Source: a virus. Taken from it: 64,000 nucleotides of DNA. Shown here piece after piece: positions 9,703-20,673 of this stretch; position 1 is the stretch's first letter; each line of letters starts with the position of its first letter. Position numbers and translations under genes: made by a program. The stretch spans positions 45,195-109,194 of IMG/VR virus record IMGVR_UViG_3300028920_000044. One strand, 5' to 3'. The notes under the pieces were generated by a model. The model had not been told where the DNA came from, searched no databases, and was given only the letters and a program-made list of their open reading frames with translations.

Positions 9703-10581
9703 CTACTTATATTGTCTCATATTCCTTGACTTAGTGATTTCATTTCGGGATTCAATCATTTTACTCTTTAACTCCTGTAATGCGTTTCTTTTCTTTACCT
9801 CATCTTTTGCAAAGACATAATCTAATAAATCATTAAACGAATCAAATCCAGCTTTTAGTTCTTTAAAATAATCATTACAAGCAGCAGATAATTGAAGTCC
9901 AGCGACGCTCTTTAACATATCATCAGGCTTAAGATTTTGAATTTGATCGAATCCTCCCGTATTTTTAAGACAAACAAAATAACTTTTAGAGAGAAGAGCT
10001 AATGCCTCTATCATGTATTTAACATAACATTTTTTAAGGCAATCCCCTTGCTTAAATGATTCGGCACTAGATACAACAGGTCGTTTACCACCAGTTGAGA
10101 AATAAGACCACATGCTTAAATCTTTTTCGTCAATATCACAAGCCTTATAACATTTTTTAGAGTTTTGTTGAATAATAGCATATCTGAATTTCCAATACCG
10201 CCCATGTTTAGAAAGAAACTTACCTATAGACTCTGAAACTTCACCTATCTTTTGACCCGCAGAGAAAATTGCTCTATTAATCCTATCACCGTATATAAAG
10301 AAAAACAAAGCAGAGATTCCACCAATGGCCATAAGCGTCAAAGGATCTACTTCTTGCAACACCTCTTCATTATATTGAAAATCGAAGTATGTTTTAAATA
10401 TCTGTTGCTGTTGAAGCAAGTTTGTATCGTATAGATGATCATAAAGATCTATATCAGTTTCCCTTAGTTCTTTAACTAATTCGTAGGTTTCATCAAAAAG
10501 TTGATCTTTTGTAATCTTGTCATGAAGGCGATTTTGGTCGATATATGCTTCGGCGATGGTTTTAAAAAATCGTACGTCCAT
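9703..10581 (-). CDS. Hypothetical membrane-associated protein
   Basis: 292 aa, one hydrophobic helix (LMAIGGISALFFFIY), several Cys. Confidence 0.7.
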   Translation of the reverse strand: MDVRFFKTIAEAYIDQNRLHDKITKDQLFDETYELVKELRETDIDLYDHLYDTNLLQQQQIFKTYFDFQYNEEVLQEVDPLTLMAIGGISALFFFIYGDRINRAIFSAGQKIGEVSESIGKFLSKHGRYWKFRYAIIQQNSKKCYKACDIDEKDLSMWSYFSTGGKRPVVSSAESFKQGDCLKKCYVKYMIEALALLSKSYFVCLKNTGGFDQIQNLKPDDMLKSVAGLQLSAACNDYFKELKAGFDSFNDLLDYVFAKDEVKKRNALQELKSKMIESRNEITKSRNMRQYK

Positions 10582-10608
10582 TTATAAGTTCTCCCTTTTA
10601 ATTAACTA

Positions 10609-10673
10609 AAAAGAGGGCGGGGTAATACGGAGGGTCAGATTCTACGTTTGGTTAAAACAACTACCCCACCCTC
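10609..10673 (-). terminator. Large-loop hairpin followed by U-tract after recA
   Basis: Minus-strand GAGGGTGGGGTAGT/ATTACCCCGCCCTC stem (G-U pairs) then TTTT. Confidence 0.55.
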
Positions 10674-10678
10674 AATAC

Positions 10679-12133
10679 TTATGTAGTCTGTTGTTCATCA
10701 AAAACAGGCTTATATCCCTCTTCAGTTGGTTGATTCTGATTTAGGAAAAAATCCTCACTAACTTGAGGAACTTCTTCTCCTTGTATCGCTGGAGCAGTAG
10801 GTTCTTCTGGGTTAAAATTTTGTAACGGATTTTCATTTAAAGTGTCAGTAACTACATTATGAATAGTTTCATCAATTACACATTGTTCCTTTGCATCATC
10901 ATACTCGCCCACTTCGCATCTAAAAATACCTTGAGTTATACGAGTATATACACTTACTTGTACTGCGAAATCAAACCACTGTTTAAATTCTGGATCTGTA
11001 TCATACTTCTCTTTTGCATTCTTTCTGTAAAATGAATTACTTTTCCATTTTTCAACTCCATTTTCATCAGATACTACAAGTTTTACTCTAGGTCCATCTT
11101 TCTTTATCATAAATAAAGAAGCAGGAGGAGCATTCTTATAAATCTTCTTTTCACTAGGGATTATCTCCATAAGAAAATAGAATTCAGACCAGAACTTACT
11201 TATGCCTGTCTTTTTATCGAACACACAGGTAACGGCATGTTGACTTGGTGCTAACTTATTTTTCTCAGTATACACATCCATAAACCAACCATCAATACCT
11301 ATTCCGTCAGCAGGTGTAATTAACTTCTTTTTACTAAGAAAAAGCCATTGTTGAGTCTTGTGTTGCAAAGCATAGATATTAGTAGCGGACTTGAAATCTT
11401 TAAATACACCAACAGACTTCTCAGATTGAGCATATGGCCCTTCAATCTTAAGATTCGCACGAATTTGATCAATACAAACAAATGTTACTCGATTGAATTT
11501 AATTTGGGGTCCATACTTATCTAAAAGAAAACTGACCTGTCGTGCTTTATTACCTATGATTGAATTAGGACTTTCTGCTTCTAACGCTTTGGGACCAGGT
11601 GTTGATGCAATACTATCCCAAATAAATGCAACATAAAACTCTTTCTCAAGCTTCTCTTCAAACACTTTCTTAATTGCAATTAATCGATCAATTAATTCAA
11701 ATATCCCATCAACATTTACAATGATAGGTTCATATTTAAATCGATTTTCATCTAATCCAAATATTTCAATTCTACTTTGTCTGAACTCGCTATTTTTATT
11801 ATTTCCTGATCCTTCTACATCTAGATAAACAACAACTGAGTTCGGATAAATCTTCTGGAATACAGAACTGAATTGAAACGCTAAAGTAGACTTCCCTGTC
11901 TCAGGTGTACTACTAAAGAGAATTGGATCTGATGAAACAATACCTCCACCTAATAAGGCATCAAGATGTTGAATACCAAAGGGAGTAACTATTGGATCTG
12001 GCGCCATTAAATGACCATATTCACTTAATATAATCTTATCAAATGCCTCTCCTAACTTTTCAGTTAGTCCTTCTTCCGCATTCTCTAAACTATCCAGATC
12101 CACTTTTTCTACTGATGTTTTTTTCCTCGCCAT
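10679..12133 (-). CDS. uvsX: RecA/UvsX-like recombinase
   Basis: TPFGIQHLDALLGGGI, Walker A variant STPETGKST, YLDVEG, WDSIA, IDQIR; acidic tail. Confidence 0.85.
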   Translation of the reverse strand: MARKKTSVEKVDLDSLENAEEGLTEKLGEAFDKIILSEYGHLMAPDPIVTPFGIQHLDALLGGGIVSSDPILFSSTPETGKSTLAFQFSSVFQKIYPNSVVVYLDVEGSGNNKNSEFRQSRIEIFGLDENRFKYEPIIVNVDGIFELIDRLIAIKKVFEEKLEKEFYVAFIWDSIASTPGPKALEAESPNSIIGNKARQVSFLLDKYGPQIKFNRVTFVCIDQIRANLKIEGPYAQSEKSVGVFKDFKSATNIYALQHKTQQWLFLSKKKLITPADGIGIDGWFMDVYTEKNKLAPSQHAVTCVFDKKTGISKFWSEFYFLMEIIPSEKKIYKNAPPASLFMIKKDGPRVKLVVSDENGVEKWKSNSFYRKNAKEKYDTDPEFKQWFDFAVQVSVYTRITQGIFRCEVGEYDDAKEQCVIDETIHNVVTDTLNENPLQNFNPEEPTAPAIQGEEVPQVSEDFFLNQNQPTEEGYKPVFDEQQTT

Positions 12134-12154
12134 ATAGTTTCGCCTCCAGACTAA

Positions 12155-12388
12155 TTACTTCTTTATTTTTTTTCTAATGACAACAGGTTCTTCTTCGATA
12201 TCTATAGTCTTGTTATTTTTAGAATCTTTTAATTTCTCTTTTTTAATAATAATTTCTTTCTCCGGTGTAGTTTTCTTTGCAACAGTTATATCAAGATCAT
12301 TTAATTCGGGAGGATAAGATTTCTTCCTAACCCGTCTTATAACTATTGACTCTGACTCTTTTAGTATATTACTCAAAGGAATCATCAA
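12155..12388 (-). CDS. Small charged protein with variant N-terminal tag
   Basis: MIPLSNILKE start; GAGG RBS. Confidence 0.6.
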   Translation of the reverse strand: MMIPLSNILKESESIVIRRVRKKSYPPELNDLDITVAKKTTPEKEIIIKKEKLKDSKNNKTIDIEEEPVVIRKKIKK

Positions 12389-12405
12389 TATATCCTCGTT
12401 TAAAA

Positions 12406-12657
12406 TTAGTATGCTCCCTGCGATCTTTCAACAGCAGTTGGGTTCTTTCTTCTTCTAAGGTCCCGGATTTGCATAATCTCTGCAGCTTTCTGTTTCTGTT
12501 CTGCAGCTTTCTGCGCTGCCAACATAACACCAGGTGGACCCATTCCTACTCTATACTGTCCTGTAGGATAACCCTTTCCTCCAATCTGTTTCGCTGTTCC
12601 CGTCATAAACGGTTCATAATGGCTCTGTCTTTCAAATAAATGTGATATAGCAATCAT
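12406..12657 (-). CDS. Small protein of MIxISxLFE-tag family
   Basis: MIAISHLFE start; ATGA overlap with upstream gene. Confidence 0.7.
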   Translation of the reverse strand: MIAISHLFERQSHYEPFMTGTAKQIGGKGYPTGQYRVGMGPPGVMLAAQKAAEQKQKAAEIMQIRDLRRRKNPTAVERSQGAY

Positions 12658-13178
12658 AGTTTGTATGCCTCATCTTCTTTTTCCATATCTCTCTGAACGT
12701 CTTCTGACAAGGGAATCTTACCTTGATGTTGACTTCTTTCATGGGCTATAAGATCCATGACTTGTTTCATTACTCCTACGAAATCCCCGTCATCTATTTT
12801 TTCGACTTTTTCATCAATCCTTCTTATATCAACCGAAACTAAATGATGCATCTTATAAATATTATCAGATATGTCTTTTAAATATTTAACTTTAACATCC
12901 TCATACTCCCGATTTACGCTATATAATCTAGCAATAAGTTCAATATTTTTAGCAATCGCCCCACGAACAATTCTTTGTTTCTCATTATCTTGTTTAACAG
13001 TATTTAAATATTGTTGCAAGAATTGTATATTACTATCAATATCTGCAATATGTCTCTGAATCTCTTGTTGCTTTAATTCTACACCTGTAATATGTTTTTC
13101 TAATTTTCTTTTTTGATCCGTAAAATCTGTTTCTATGAAATCATAACTGTCGAGTTCCTCGCCTTGTTGATCAGTCAT
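12654..13178 (-). CDS. Coiled-coil hypothetical protein
   Basis: 174 aa heptad-rich; coupled to upstream gene. Confidence 0.7.
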   Translation of the reverse strand: MTDQQGEELDSYDFIETDFTDQKRKLEKHITGVELKQQEIQRHIADIDSNIQFLQQYLNTVKQDNEKQRIVRGAIAKNIELIARLYSVNREYEDVKVKYLKDISDNIYKMHHLVSVDIRRIDEKVEKIDDGDFVGVMKQVMDLIAHERSQHQGKIPLSEDVQRDMEKEDEAYKL

Positions 13179-14458
13179 CAGTTATTATTCGCTCCTTCTG
13201 TTAAACATATTTCGATGAATTTTTTCATCTGTTGTATAAATGTTATTTGATCTATTTTAACATTTGATAGAGTAAACAGATTAATATATTCCCCTGATAA
13301 AATTGTCTTCGTAAAGTTCTCCGCCACTTTCTCTAATATCCCGTATATATAATAATCGTTAAACATATTCTTAAATGGCTGTACTAATTCTTCCATTACT
13401 GCTGTCTTAACCATCTTAGGTTTAATTAACATTTCGTTATACGGTTTCGAGTTTGGATTAATAATGTGAACACATTTAAGAAGTCTGTATATCGTCGGCA
13501 ATTTCTTGATCTTTTCTAGCGTTCCATTTTCTTCTATGTCATCATCATAAAACTTCATTAACTTGTATTCACTATTATTCAATACGAAACTATCTCTATA
13601 ACTACTAAAATATACGTCTTGAAATTGATTATCTATTATGACATTTTTAAATACTTTATAGTTATAACTTAATTGAGTCATAGTAGGTGATTTTTGATAA
13701 AATTTCTTTGTTTGAAGATCATATAATACATCACGATATATTCCAAGTCTTATTGGTATGCTTACCATATTATCTAAAGTTTGTTCAATCTCCCAGACAG
13801 AATCATATACCGTGTTGATCCTTTTCTCTTTCTTAAAATAGTAATTAAACACATATCTAAAACTACTCTTATAAAAAACTGTTATGTTATCTACATCGAG
13901 AGGGTTAAACTTCTTTAAACCATTACCTAAAAACTCATACAATACATCGGTCTTGATGACATCTTGATCTAAATAAAATGTGTTAATATGAGAATGTACA
14001 ACACCGTAAGACTTTCTGCAGATTTCGCTATAAACACTTTTAATCGTATTTTGAAGAAATTTATGAGCACTTGAGAGAATTCTTATTAGAATATAAATAA
14101 TATTAGGATATAATACTTTAGCACGATATTCAGGATATGAGAAATTTAGAAACTCATTGTTATATCGGTATAAACAATTAACAGTTTGATGTATTACAAA
14201 CAAATCCTGAACAATTTTAGATCTACTAGCTAATATTTGGAAGTGTGTAGCCTTTAATTTCTCAACATACTTTTTTAAAGTTCTAGATTTCAAGCAGTTA
14301 ATTGGCATACCAGGTTCCATCGTTTTTAGTTTCTCTAATTCATTATGCAAACATGTGTATAATGTTTTGTAAGATATCTCTAGTGTAATATCATTAGAAT
14401 AATTCGCTGGGTGCTCTTCGAAATCGGTAGATATTTGAGGTTGGGGCTCTGCTCCCAC
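13178..14458 (-). CDS. Hypothetical protein (426 aa)
   Basis: Long ORF, AAGGAG RBS, preceded by TATATAGAAAT motif. Confidence 0.75.
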   Translation of the reverse strand: MGAEPQPQISTDFEEHPANYSNDITLEISYKTLYTCLHNELEKLKTMEPGMPINCLKSRTLKKYVEKLKATHFQILASRSKIVQDLFVIHQTVNCLYRYNNEFLNFSYPEYRAKVLYPNIIYILIRILSSAHKFLQNTIKSVYSEICRKSYGVVHSHINTFYLDQDVIKTDVLYEFLGNGLKKFNPLDVDNITVFYKSSFRYVFNYYFKKEKRINTVYDSVWEIEQTLDNMVSIPIRLGIYRDVLYDLQTKKFYQKSPTMTQLSYNYKVFKNVIIDNQFQDVYFSSYRDSFVLNNSEYKLMKFYDDDIEENGTLEKIKKLPTIYRLLKCVHIINPNSKPYNEMLIKPKMVKTAVMEELVQPFKNMFNDYYIYGILEKVAENFTKTILSGEYINLFTLSNVKIDQITFIQQMKKFIEICLTEGANNN

Positions 14459-14507
14459 AGTTTTCTCCTTAAATTAGAAAATTTTATAATTAACAGTTAA
14501 GTATAAA

Positions 14508-14518
14508 ATTTCTATATA
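14508..14518 (-). promoter_or_regulatory. TATATAGAAAT motif copy
   Basis: 50 nt upstream of the 14458 start, same spacing as the copy at 8103-8118. Confidence 0.45.
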
Positions 14519-14575
14519 CAGTGTGAAATTTTTATAAAACAATTCTAGATCGGAAGTCTCACACAAACTTACTTA

Positions 14576-14716
14576 TTAGACAGTGGGAACCAAATATCTT
14601 ACATTCTTTGCTGCTATTTTATCTAAAGGTTCTAACATTTTAGCTAACCCTTTCACAGCAAATTCGCGAAAGTTCTCTTCAATTAATTCAGCATCGTATA
14701 ATGATGTTGATAACAT
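14576..14716 (-). CDS. Small protein (46 aa), not in ORF track
   Basis: MLSTSLYDAELIEENFREFAVKGLAKMLEPLDKIAAKNVRYLVPTV; GAGG RBS; fills the gap. Confidence 0.5.
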   Translation of the reverse strand: MLSTSLYDAELIEENFREFAVKGLAKMLEPLDKIAAKNVRYLVPTV

Positions 14717-14718
14717 GA

Positions 14719-15342
14719 TTACCTCTTTATAAACTTAGTTAAATAATCCAAGTTAAATCTTTTCCCTATATTAAGTGGGAAAGTTCGTTGAAATAGTCCC
14801 TGAGGTAATTTGAAGTAGCGTATGATTGGAACAATACACATACGACCAATCGTCTCATATGTTTTCTTAGTGTAGATATCTAAATTCGTATCACCAATAA
14901 TACAAATATGAATTGCTTCACTAGGATCAAATATTCTTTCTCTTAAAAATAACTTTGTTATATCATCCCATCCTGTGTCATCAAGCTTATTTACCTGACG
15001 TCTTGTCAACGGGTATTTAATATCAATAGGTCTAGTATTAAATATATAATAACGATTACCAATAAACTCACAAATGTAATGCCATGGTAAAAAGATAGTT
15101 GAGAATTTACCATAATTTTCTCTTACTCTTTTATACACTTCAATAAGATCCATTTTTGATGTGTCAACTCTAGGTCTAGGTCTTATAGGAAGAAATGGAT
15201 TATTATATGTGTCTTGTATTAAAAATCCCTGAGGTTTTGTTGTGAACTTATTCGCTACACTTGCGACATCTTTAGATATGTCTAATCTCTCAGGGACTGC
15301 TTCATGTAAAATCTTATACGTTTTATCAGAATCTACAAGCAT
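14719..15342 (-). CDS. Possible N-acetylmuramoyl-L-alanine amidase-like protein
   Basis: Start re-called to MLVDSDK (AAGG upstream); LPWHYICE and AIHICIIGD resemble Amidase_2 motifs. Confidence 0.45.
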   Translation of the reverse strand: MLVDSDKTYKILHEAVPERLDISKDVASVANKFTTKPQGFLIQDTYNNPFLPIRPRPRVDTSKMDLIEVYKRVRENYGKFSTIFLPWHYICEFIGNRYYIFNTRPIDIKYPLTRRQVNKLDDTGWDDITKLFLRERIFDPSEAIHICIIGDTNLDIYTKKTYETIGRMCIVPIIRYFKLPQGLFQRTFPLNIGKRFNLDYLTKFIKR

Positions 15343-15389
15343 AGTCGTTCCTTTATTTGATTGGGGAGAGTCACCCCTCCCCAATGGTA

Positions 15390-18300
15390 TTATCCTCCAG
15401 CACCAAGATCTACAAAAGTTCCAACACCATCTACCCAATCAACACCATCATACCATACAGGGATAGATATACCTGCTCTACTTGCTAGACTTCCAATAAA
15501 CCACATTTCACCAGTAACAGGTGAAGGAGGAAGCGAATCTGCGGTAGCTGCATAATTCCAACTCACACCACCAGAAGGTCTAGCAGCTAACTCATCCAAC
15601 GCACTTAATACTTCTATTGGAGAACCAGTCCAATCCCCAGACGTTGTTGGTATATAATTAATCTTAGACGCTTCTGCTACTGTTTGATTCACAACTGTTC
15701 CCGTCGAAGATGGATCAACTAATACCCCAGTACCTAGTGAGAATGGAACTGTAACTATAAGCGATCCACCATTCATTACAATAGCATCATTCGTGCTCGC
15801 ATTAATTACTGGATGAACAGCAGTGCCTCCAGAAGTACCATTAAAGTCTATTTGACCAGTAAAGAAAGCCAAGAAACTATCTAATACTGCAGCATTGTTT
15901 AACTGTAATGATATCGCGTTGTTTTGAGAATTATTTTGAGTTTTCCACTGACTTAACGTACCATGATCAACAGTAGCCGACATTCCTGCTCCAGTGTTGT
16001 TGAAATTTGTATCTTCTGCAATAACAATAGATCCTGCTCCAGTGTTGTTCATGTGCAAAGCAGGTTGCAATCCGGCAGAATTAACTTCACAGTTAATCAA
16101 ATTAAATCTTTGTGGATTTGTACCATAGAACTTAACAGTTGCATCAACAGATCCGCTACCAGAAATATCAATTCCACAAAATGATGCTACATTACCATCT
16201 GCTCCACCTGATGTATTACTTGTGCTATAACCTACATCACCATTAATAGTACAAATAGAATTCTTTTCAGGTGAATCACAAACGAAATGCATTCCTGCTT
16301 CAATTACTATATCCTCAGTATATGATCCTGGAGCAACAGATATTAATGTTTCTCCAGATACTGCTCCGATTGCAGCAGTGAGGGTTTTAAACGGTCTACC
16401 AAGCGAACCATCAGCAGTATATGAATCTACTCTATTCCCATCTACTTTCAATGTAGTTGTTATTGGATGATCGATTACACTAGAAGGATGAGTAGTAGGA
16501 TGCACATACGCAATCGCGTTATCTTCTATACCATTCAATTTAGTGAGAAGAGTATCTGTTAACGCATTAGTCTCCGATTCAGATTCATATGCAATTTTAA
16601 TTTCTGCACCAGTCATATCCGCGGTTGCACCATCTTCAATGCCTGATAATTTCGTTAAATTAGCATTAGTAAAAACATTCGTATCTGGATTTAATTCATA
16701 TGCAGCTTTAATTTCGACAGAAGACATATCACCAGAAGCACCAGTCTCAACACCATCTAACTTTAATTTATCAGCAGCGGACATAAACCCACCAGTAACT
16801 GTTGTTGCGGCAGAATGCAGATTACCTCCACCTCTTGTTCCGTGTTGAGAATCACTGAAAGGCATTACTGCCCAATTAACACTTAATTCAGAACTACCAT
16901 TAATCGATAAGCCTGTTCCTACTTTAGATACACCAGGAGTTGCTGCACTTGCAATAGGTATAGATATTTCGCCAGTTCCATCATCTACATTAACATTAGC
17001 TCCTGCGATTACTACACCCAAAGCAGAACCTTGTGCATGAGGTACAGATACTATACCACTCGCAACATTAAGATTATCACCAACCTGTAAAACACCCCTT
17101 CTAGTATCTGACCCTCTATATACATCTATTTCGGATATTTCAGGATCAACATCGATATTACCACCTGATTTAACAGATAGAACACCTTTATTACCATATC
17201 CACCTGTTTCTACAGCAATCTCATCTCCATCCATATAAGTGTTTCTTCCTGCTTTTACACCACCGAGAGTAACAGCAGTTGCCACTGGAAGAACGTAATT
17301 GTTAGAGTTGATTGCGATCGTATTTAATTTAGCTTTATCAGATACTGATATAAAACCTGCTTCAGATCCACTTACAAGATTATGTAAATTCCCACCACCT
17401 CTATCACCATGTGCAATATCATCAAATGCATAATTAAGACTTAGGATTCCACCACCATCTACATCTAACCCTGTTCCAACTTTTACACCACCTAGAACAG
17501 AATCTGTAGCAATAGGTAATGAATAAGCATTCGCTCCAGATTCAACACCACCTAATTTAGTCTTCTCTGCATCACTAAACTCATTAGTATTCGCATTCGC
17601 TTCATATGCAGTTTTAACTTGAAGATCTGTCATAGGTGACCAATCAACATCGGCAATCTTAGACCATTGAGATCCATTGTAAGCATACTGTGCCGATTTT
17701 CCATCTCCATCATCTTGGACTAATACACATTGTCCCGCCTGAGGTCCTGCAATAGCATCCCGAGCAGCTATATTAGCAACAGGGCTTAACCAATCCGCAG
17801 ATCCAAAAGAAGGAACATTCTGAATATGAGTCCAATCAATTCTATCAGACGCCCCTCCAGTTGCTATCAATTCTGTTTTCGACCAATAATCTGCCGTTGC
17901 TGCTTTACTATTCCAAGATGATTTTTCAGCATCACTTACAAATCTATGATCTAAATCTTGAACAATCATTACTGATGTATGAGTAGTTGGATGAACATAC
18001 GCATTAGCATTTGTTTCGACTGTTCCCAACTTTGCTTTCTCGGCATCATTAAATTCATTCGTATCAGCATTATTCTCATACGCAGTCTTGATTTCTACAT
18101 CAGTCATATCATCTGTTGCACCATCTTCGAGACCACCTAACTTAACTTTCTCTAAATCAGTAAATACGTTCGTGTTGATATTTGATTCATATGAAGTTTT
18201 AATATCAACAGGAGTCATATCTCCAGCCGTTGCACCATCTTCAACACCATCAAGTTTAGTCCTATCAGCGTCAGTAAATGCGTTAGTATCCACATTAATT

Positions 18301-19214
18301 TCATATGCGAGTTTTACTTCAGATGGCTCCATATCTGCTGATGCATTATCTTCAATAGCATTTAATTTATTTCTATAGTACTCGGTAAAATCATTCGTTG
18401 ATTGAAGAGTAGCACTCAATAGTTGGGTAGTTGGATTCATATTTAAACGATCCCCAACTTTTATTCCTCCAATCTCAGTTGGTGAAGCAACAGGCAATGC
18501 AACGGAAGGTCCTTCATTTGTTAATTGTATAAAGACTGATCCATCGTTTGAGTATTCCCATACATTAAGCGCTTCATTATATCTGAATACTGCATTATTT
18601 TCTATTCCTCTTTCAACTTCAATCCCCACATGGGAGGAAGGAGTACCAACATAATCTTTATTTAAAACAAAGACATCATTTATTGTTCCATTTATATCTG
18701 CTTTACTATCTAATAAATTATCTAATGCACCTTCACTAGCTCTACCATCTAATTCTTCTCTAAGCCCTTCAATGGCTTCAATAGGATGGGAGTCAGGATG
18801 ATTTCTATCTTCAATATCGACATGAGAATAGCTTGTTGACCCCCATAAATTCCTTAAATCAAACACTTTGTCGCCAGTTATCTTTGTATCACCCGCTTGT
18901 AAATACACGGCTGCGAGAGGAAATGCTTTCCTTTCTAGTACCGGTAATTCTGGATTGGTACTCGGTTCCCCCTCAATTAATAAAGCAGCACCGGTATAAT
19001 GTAAACATACTATTGTCCATTTCGCTCCCATTGTAGGCGCTGTGAATCCAGGCGATCTACCACCAACGAATTCGACCCATTGTTTGTTACTGAGCCAAAA
19101 TCCTCCTTCACTTATTTGAACAAACATATCCGGTTCAGATGAGGGCATAACCTTTAAAGAAGAAAAGAATGCACCTGTTCTTCTATATTTGTCACCATAC
19201 GGAGGTAAATGCAT
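15390..19214 (-). CDS. Long tail fibre / tail-associated protein (1274 aa)
   Basis: Repeated K.KL.G.EDGA..DM...EIK.AYE.N..TN.F.D units, LP.A....LGGVKVG units, H.H metal motifs, C-terminal beta-helix-like region. Confidence 0.8.
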   Translation of the reverse strand: MHLPPYGDKYRRTGAFFSSLKVMPSSEPDMFVQISEGGFWLSNKQWVEFVGGRSPGFTAPTMGAKWTIVCLHYTGAALLIEGEPSTNPELPVLERKAFPLAAVYLQAGDTKITGDKVFDLRNLWGSTSYSHVDIEDRNHPDSHPIEAIEGLREELDGRASEGALDNLLDSKADINGTINDVFVLNKDYVGTPSSHVGIEVERGIENNAVFRYNEALNVWEYSNDGSVFIQLTNEGPSVALPVASPTEIGGIKVGDRLNMNPTTQLLSATLQSTNDFTEYYRNKLNAIEDNASADMEPSEVKLAYEINVDTNAFTDADRTKLDGVEDGATAGDMTPVDIKTSYESNINTNVFTDLEKVKLGGLEDGATDDMTDVEIKTAYENNADTNEFNDAEKAKLGTVETNANAYVHPTTHTSVMIVQDLDHRFVSDAEKSSWNSKAATADYWSKTELIATGGASDRIDWTHIQNVPSFGSADWLSPVANIAARDAIAGPQAGQCVLVQDDGDGKSAQYAYNGSQWSKIADVDWSPMTDLQVKTAYEANANTNEFSDAEKTKLGGVESGANAYSLPIATDSVLGGVKVGTGLDVDGGGILSLNYAFDDIAHGDRGGGNLHNLVSGSEAGFISVSDKAKLNTIAINSNNYVLPVATAVTLGGVKAGRNTYMDGDEIAVETGGYGNKGVLSVKSGGNIDVDPEISEIDVYRGSDTRRGVLQVGDNLNVASGIVSVPHAQGSALGVVIAGANVNVDDGTGEISIPIASAATPGVSKVGTGLSINGSSELSVNWAVMPFSDSQHGTRGGGNLHSAATTVTGGFMSAADKLKLDGVETGASGDMSSVEIKAAYELNPDTNVFTNANLTKLSGIEDGATADMTGAEIKIAYESESETNALTDTLLTKLNGIEDNAIAYVHPTTHPSSVIDHPITTTLKVDGNRVDSYTADGSLGRPFKTLTAAIGAVSGETLISVAPGSYTEDIVIEAGMHFVCDSPEKNSICTINGDVGYSTSNTSGGADGNVASFCGIDISGSGSVDATVKFYGTNPQRFNLINCEVNSAGLQPALHMNNTGAGSIVIAEDTNFNNTGAGMSATVDHGTLSQWKTQNNSQNNAISLQLNNAAVLDSFLAFFTGQIDFNGTSGGTAVHPVINASTNDAIVMNGGSLIVTVPFSLGTGVLVDPSSTGTVVNQTVAEASKINYIPTTSGDWTGSPIEVLSALDELAARPSGGVSWNYAATADSLPPSPVTGEMWFIGSLASRAGISIPVWYDGVDWVDGVGTFVDLGAGG

Positions 19215-19237
19215 ATTAATTCTCCTTAAATTCTGAT

Positions 19238-19423
19238 TTACGCTTTAAATTTTCTATTATCATCAGGGCTATCAGTATCAACAGGATTACTTTTAAACTT
19301 GTTAACACCACCCTTAATTAATTTTGCAAATCTGTCCCAAAGCGGTTGTGCCCATTTAGGTTGAGGAATGAAACACCATCCCAGCATGAGACCAACAAAT
19401 AATACAAATGCTAATTCGATCAT
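19238..19423 (-). CDS. Small membrane protein
   Basis: N-terminal TM helix, GGAG RBS. Confidence 0.6.
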   Translation of the reverse strand: MIELAFVLFVGLMLGWCFIPQPKWAQPLWDRFAKLIKGGVNKFKSNPVDTDSPDDNRKFKA

Positions 19424-19432
19424 TATACTCTC

Positions 19433-19906
19433 CTACAATGCGTTCTTAATTATCTTCGGCAGATTTATCCACCAAGGTTTAAATCTTCTTGGATTATCAT
19501 CATAAGAAAAATCTGATACTACTCCAATTCGATGCATACCTCTATTACCTATACCATATCCAGCATAATAACCTTTATTTCTATTTATGCTTGATACTAC
19601 TTTCTTTATTTGCATCTCATCACTATCTGGCATACGAAAAATGAAATATGTAGGAACAGACTTTCCATCAGTGAATCCTTGGCAACTAGCCCTACCTTCA
19701 ATTCCCTCTATATTGTCTAATTGATTCAATGCCGAAGTTGGAATAATTTTATCTACTTTAATTCCTTTCCAAACTGTTTTAGTATGTTCAGCACAATGTG
19801 GGAAAATAAAAGGTGAATCACCTTTATGCAATATACTATATGCAAACATAGGCGCATTCGTTTTTTGATCATGTCTAAATTCAAATAAATAAGATATAGA
19901 TATCAT
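19433..19906 (-). CDS. MIxISxLFE-tag protein with SCxG motif
   Basis: MISISYLFE start; LDNIEGIEGRASCQG similar to the motif in 42951..43688. Confidence 0.7.
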   Translation of the reverse strand: MISISYLFEFRHDQKTNAPMFAYSILHKGDSPFIFPHCAEHTKTVWKGIKVDKIIPTSALNQLDNIEGIEGRASCQGFTDGKSVPTYFIFRMPDSDEMQIKKVVSSINRNKGYYAGYGIGNRGMHRIGVVSDFSYDDNPRRFKPWWINLPKIIKNAL

Positions 19907-19918
19907 TATAACATCCTA

Positions 19919-20539
19919 TTAAGCACCATATTGATTTGGTACTTGTCGTCCCATTTGAGTCCTATTTTTTAGCCGATCTTCTTCTTGAGGTCCTCTTCTA
20001 AGCAATCTATTGTCTTGATTCGTCACTCTAGGAACGTTTGCACTTCCAACACGAGGATCTGTTCCCATCGCTTTATACGCATCTGTTCGGCCAACACTTT
20101 CAGGTCTATTAGGTACAAATGGCACATTAGTTCTTGGAGCAACATTAGCCCCTGGTAAATTTTGGTTTCTTACTTCAGGAACATTAGATGGCGTACCAGA
20201 TCCACTATATCCTTGTCTATAACTACCTGCTGTTTCTTTAGCAGTGTCAACAACCTTTCTTGTACCTGCACCAACGGCAGTTGCTGTCTTTTGTAAAGCG
20301 GCATTCGGATCTTTAGCAGCATTTTTGATTGTTGTTATTGCTGGACTATCACCACGAATCATATTTCGGGCTTTCTCACCCAGTTTCTGACCCGTAGCCT
20401 CACCAGCAGCACCATATCCCATATCTTCACCACGTGAAGCAGCAAAGGCTAAAGCTCCACCACCTAAAGCAAGTTTACCCCAATTTCGTCTCAAAAACCC
20501 TTGCTCAGTTAACCTTATCATTTTATTCCTCTTTAACAT
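19919..20539 (-). CDS. Basic, low-complexity protein with Gly-rich helix
   Basis: WGKLALGGGALAFAA; N.P repeats; true start possibly MIRLTE. Confidence 0.65.
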   Translation of the reverse strand: MLKRNKMIRLTEQGFLRRNWGKLALGGGALAFAASRGEDMGYGAAGEATGQKLGEKARNMIRGDSPAITTIKNAAKDPNAALQKTATAVGAGTRKVVDTAKETAGSYRQGYSGSGTPSNVPEVRNQNLPGANVAPRTNVPFVPNRPESVGRTDAYKAMGTDPRVGSANVPRVTNQDNRLLRRGPQEEDRLKNRTQMGRQVPNQYGA

Positions 20540-20549
20540 ATAGTGTTAA

Positions 20550-20668
20550 TGAGCAATCAATAATCACAACCTGGAGAGGAGATTTGCACCTCCATGGGAG
20601 AGAATATTTTTTTAACAATTCTTGAATAATCCAATCAAACAATTTACCCTAGGATTATTGATTGCTCA
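20550..20668. repeat. 16-bp perfect inverted repeat enclosing 87 nt
   Basis: TGAGCAATCAATAATC (20550-20565) / GATTATTGATTGCTCA (20653-20668), spanning the whole intergenic gap. Confidence 0.75.
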
Positions 20669-20673
20669 AACCT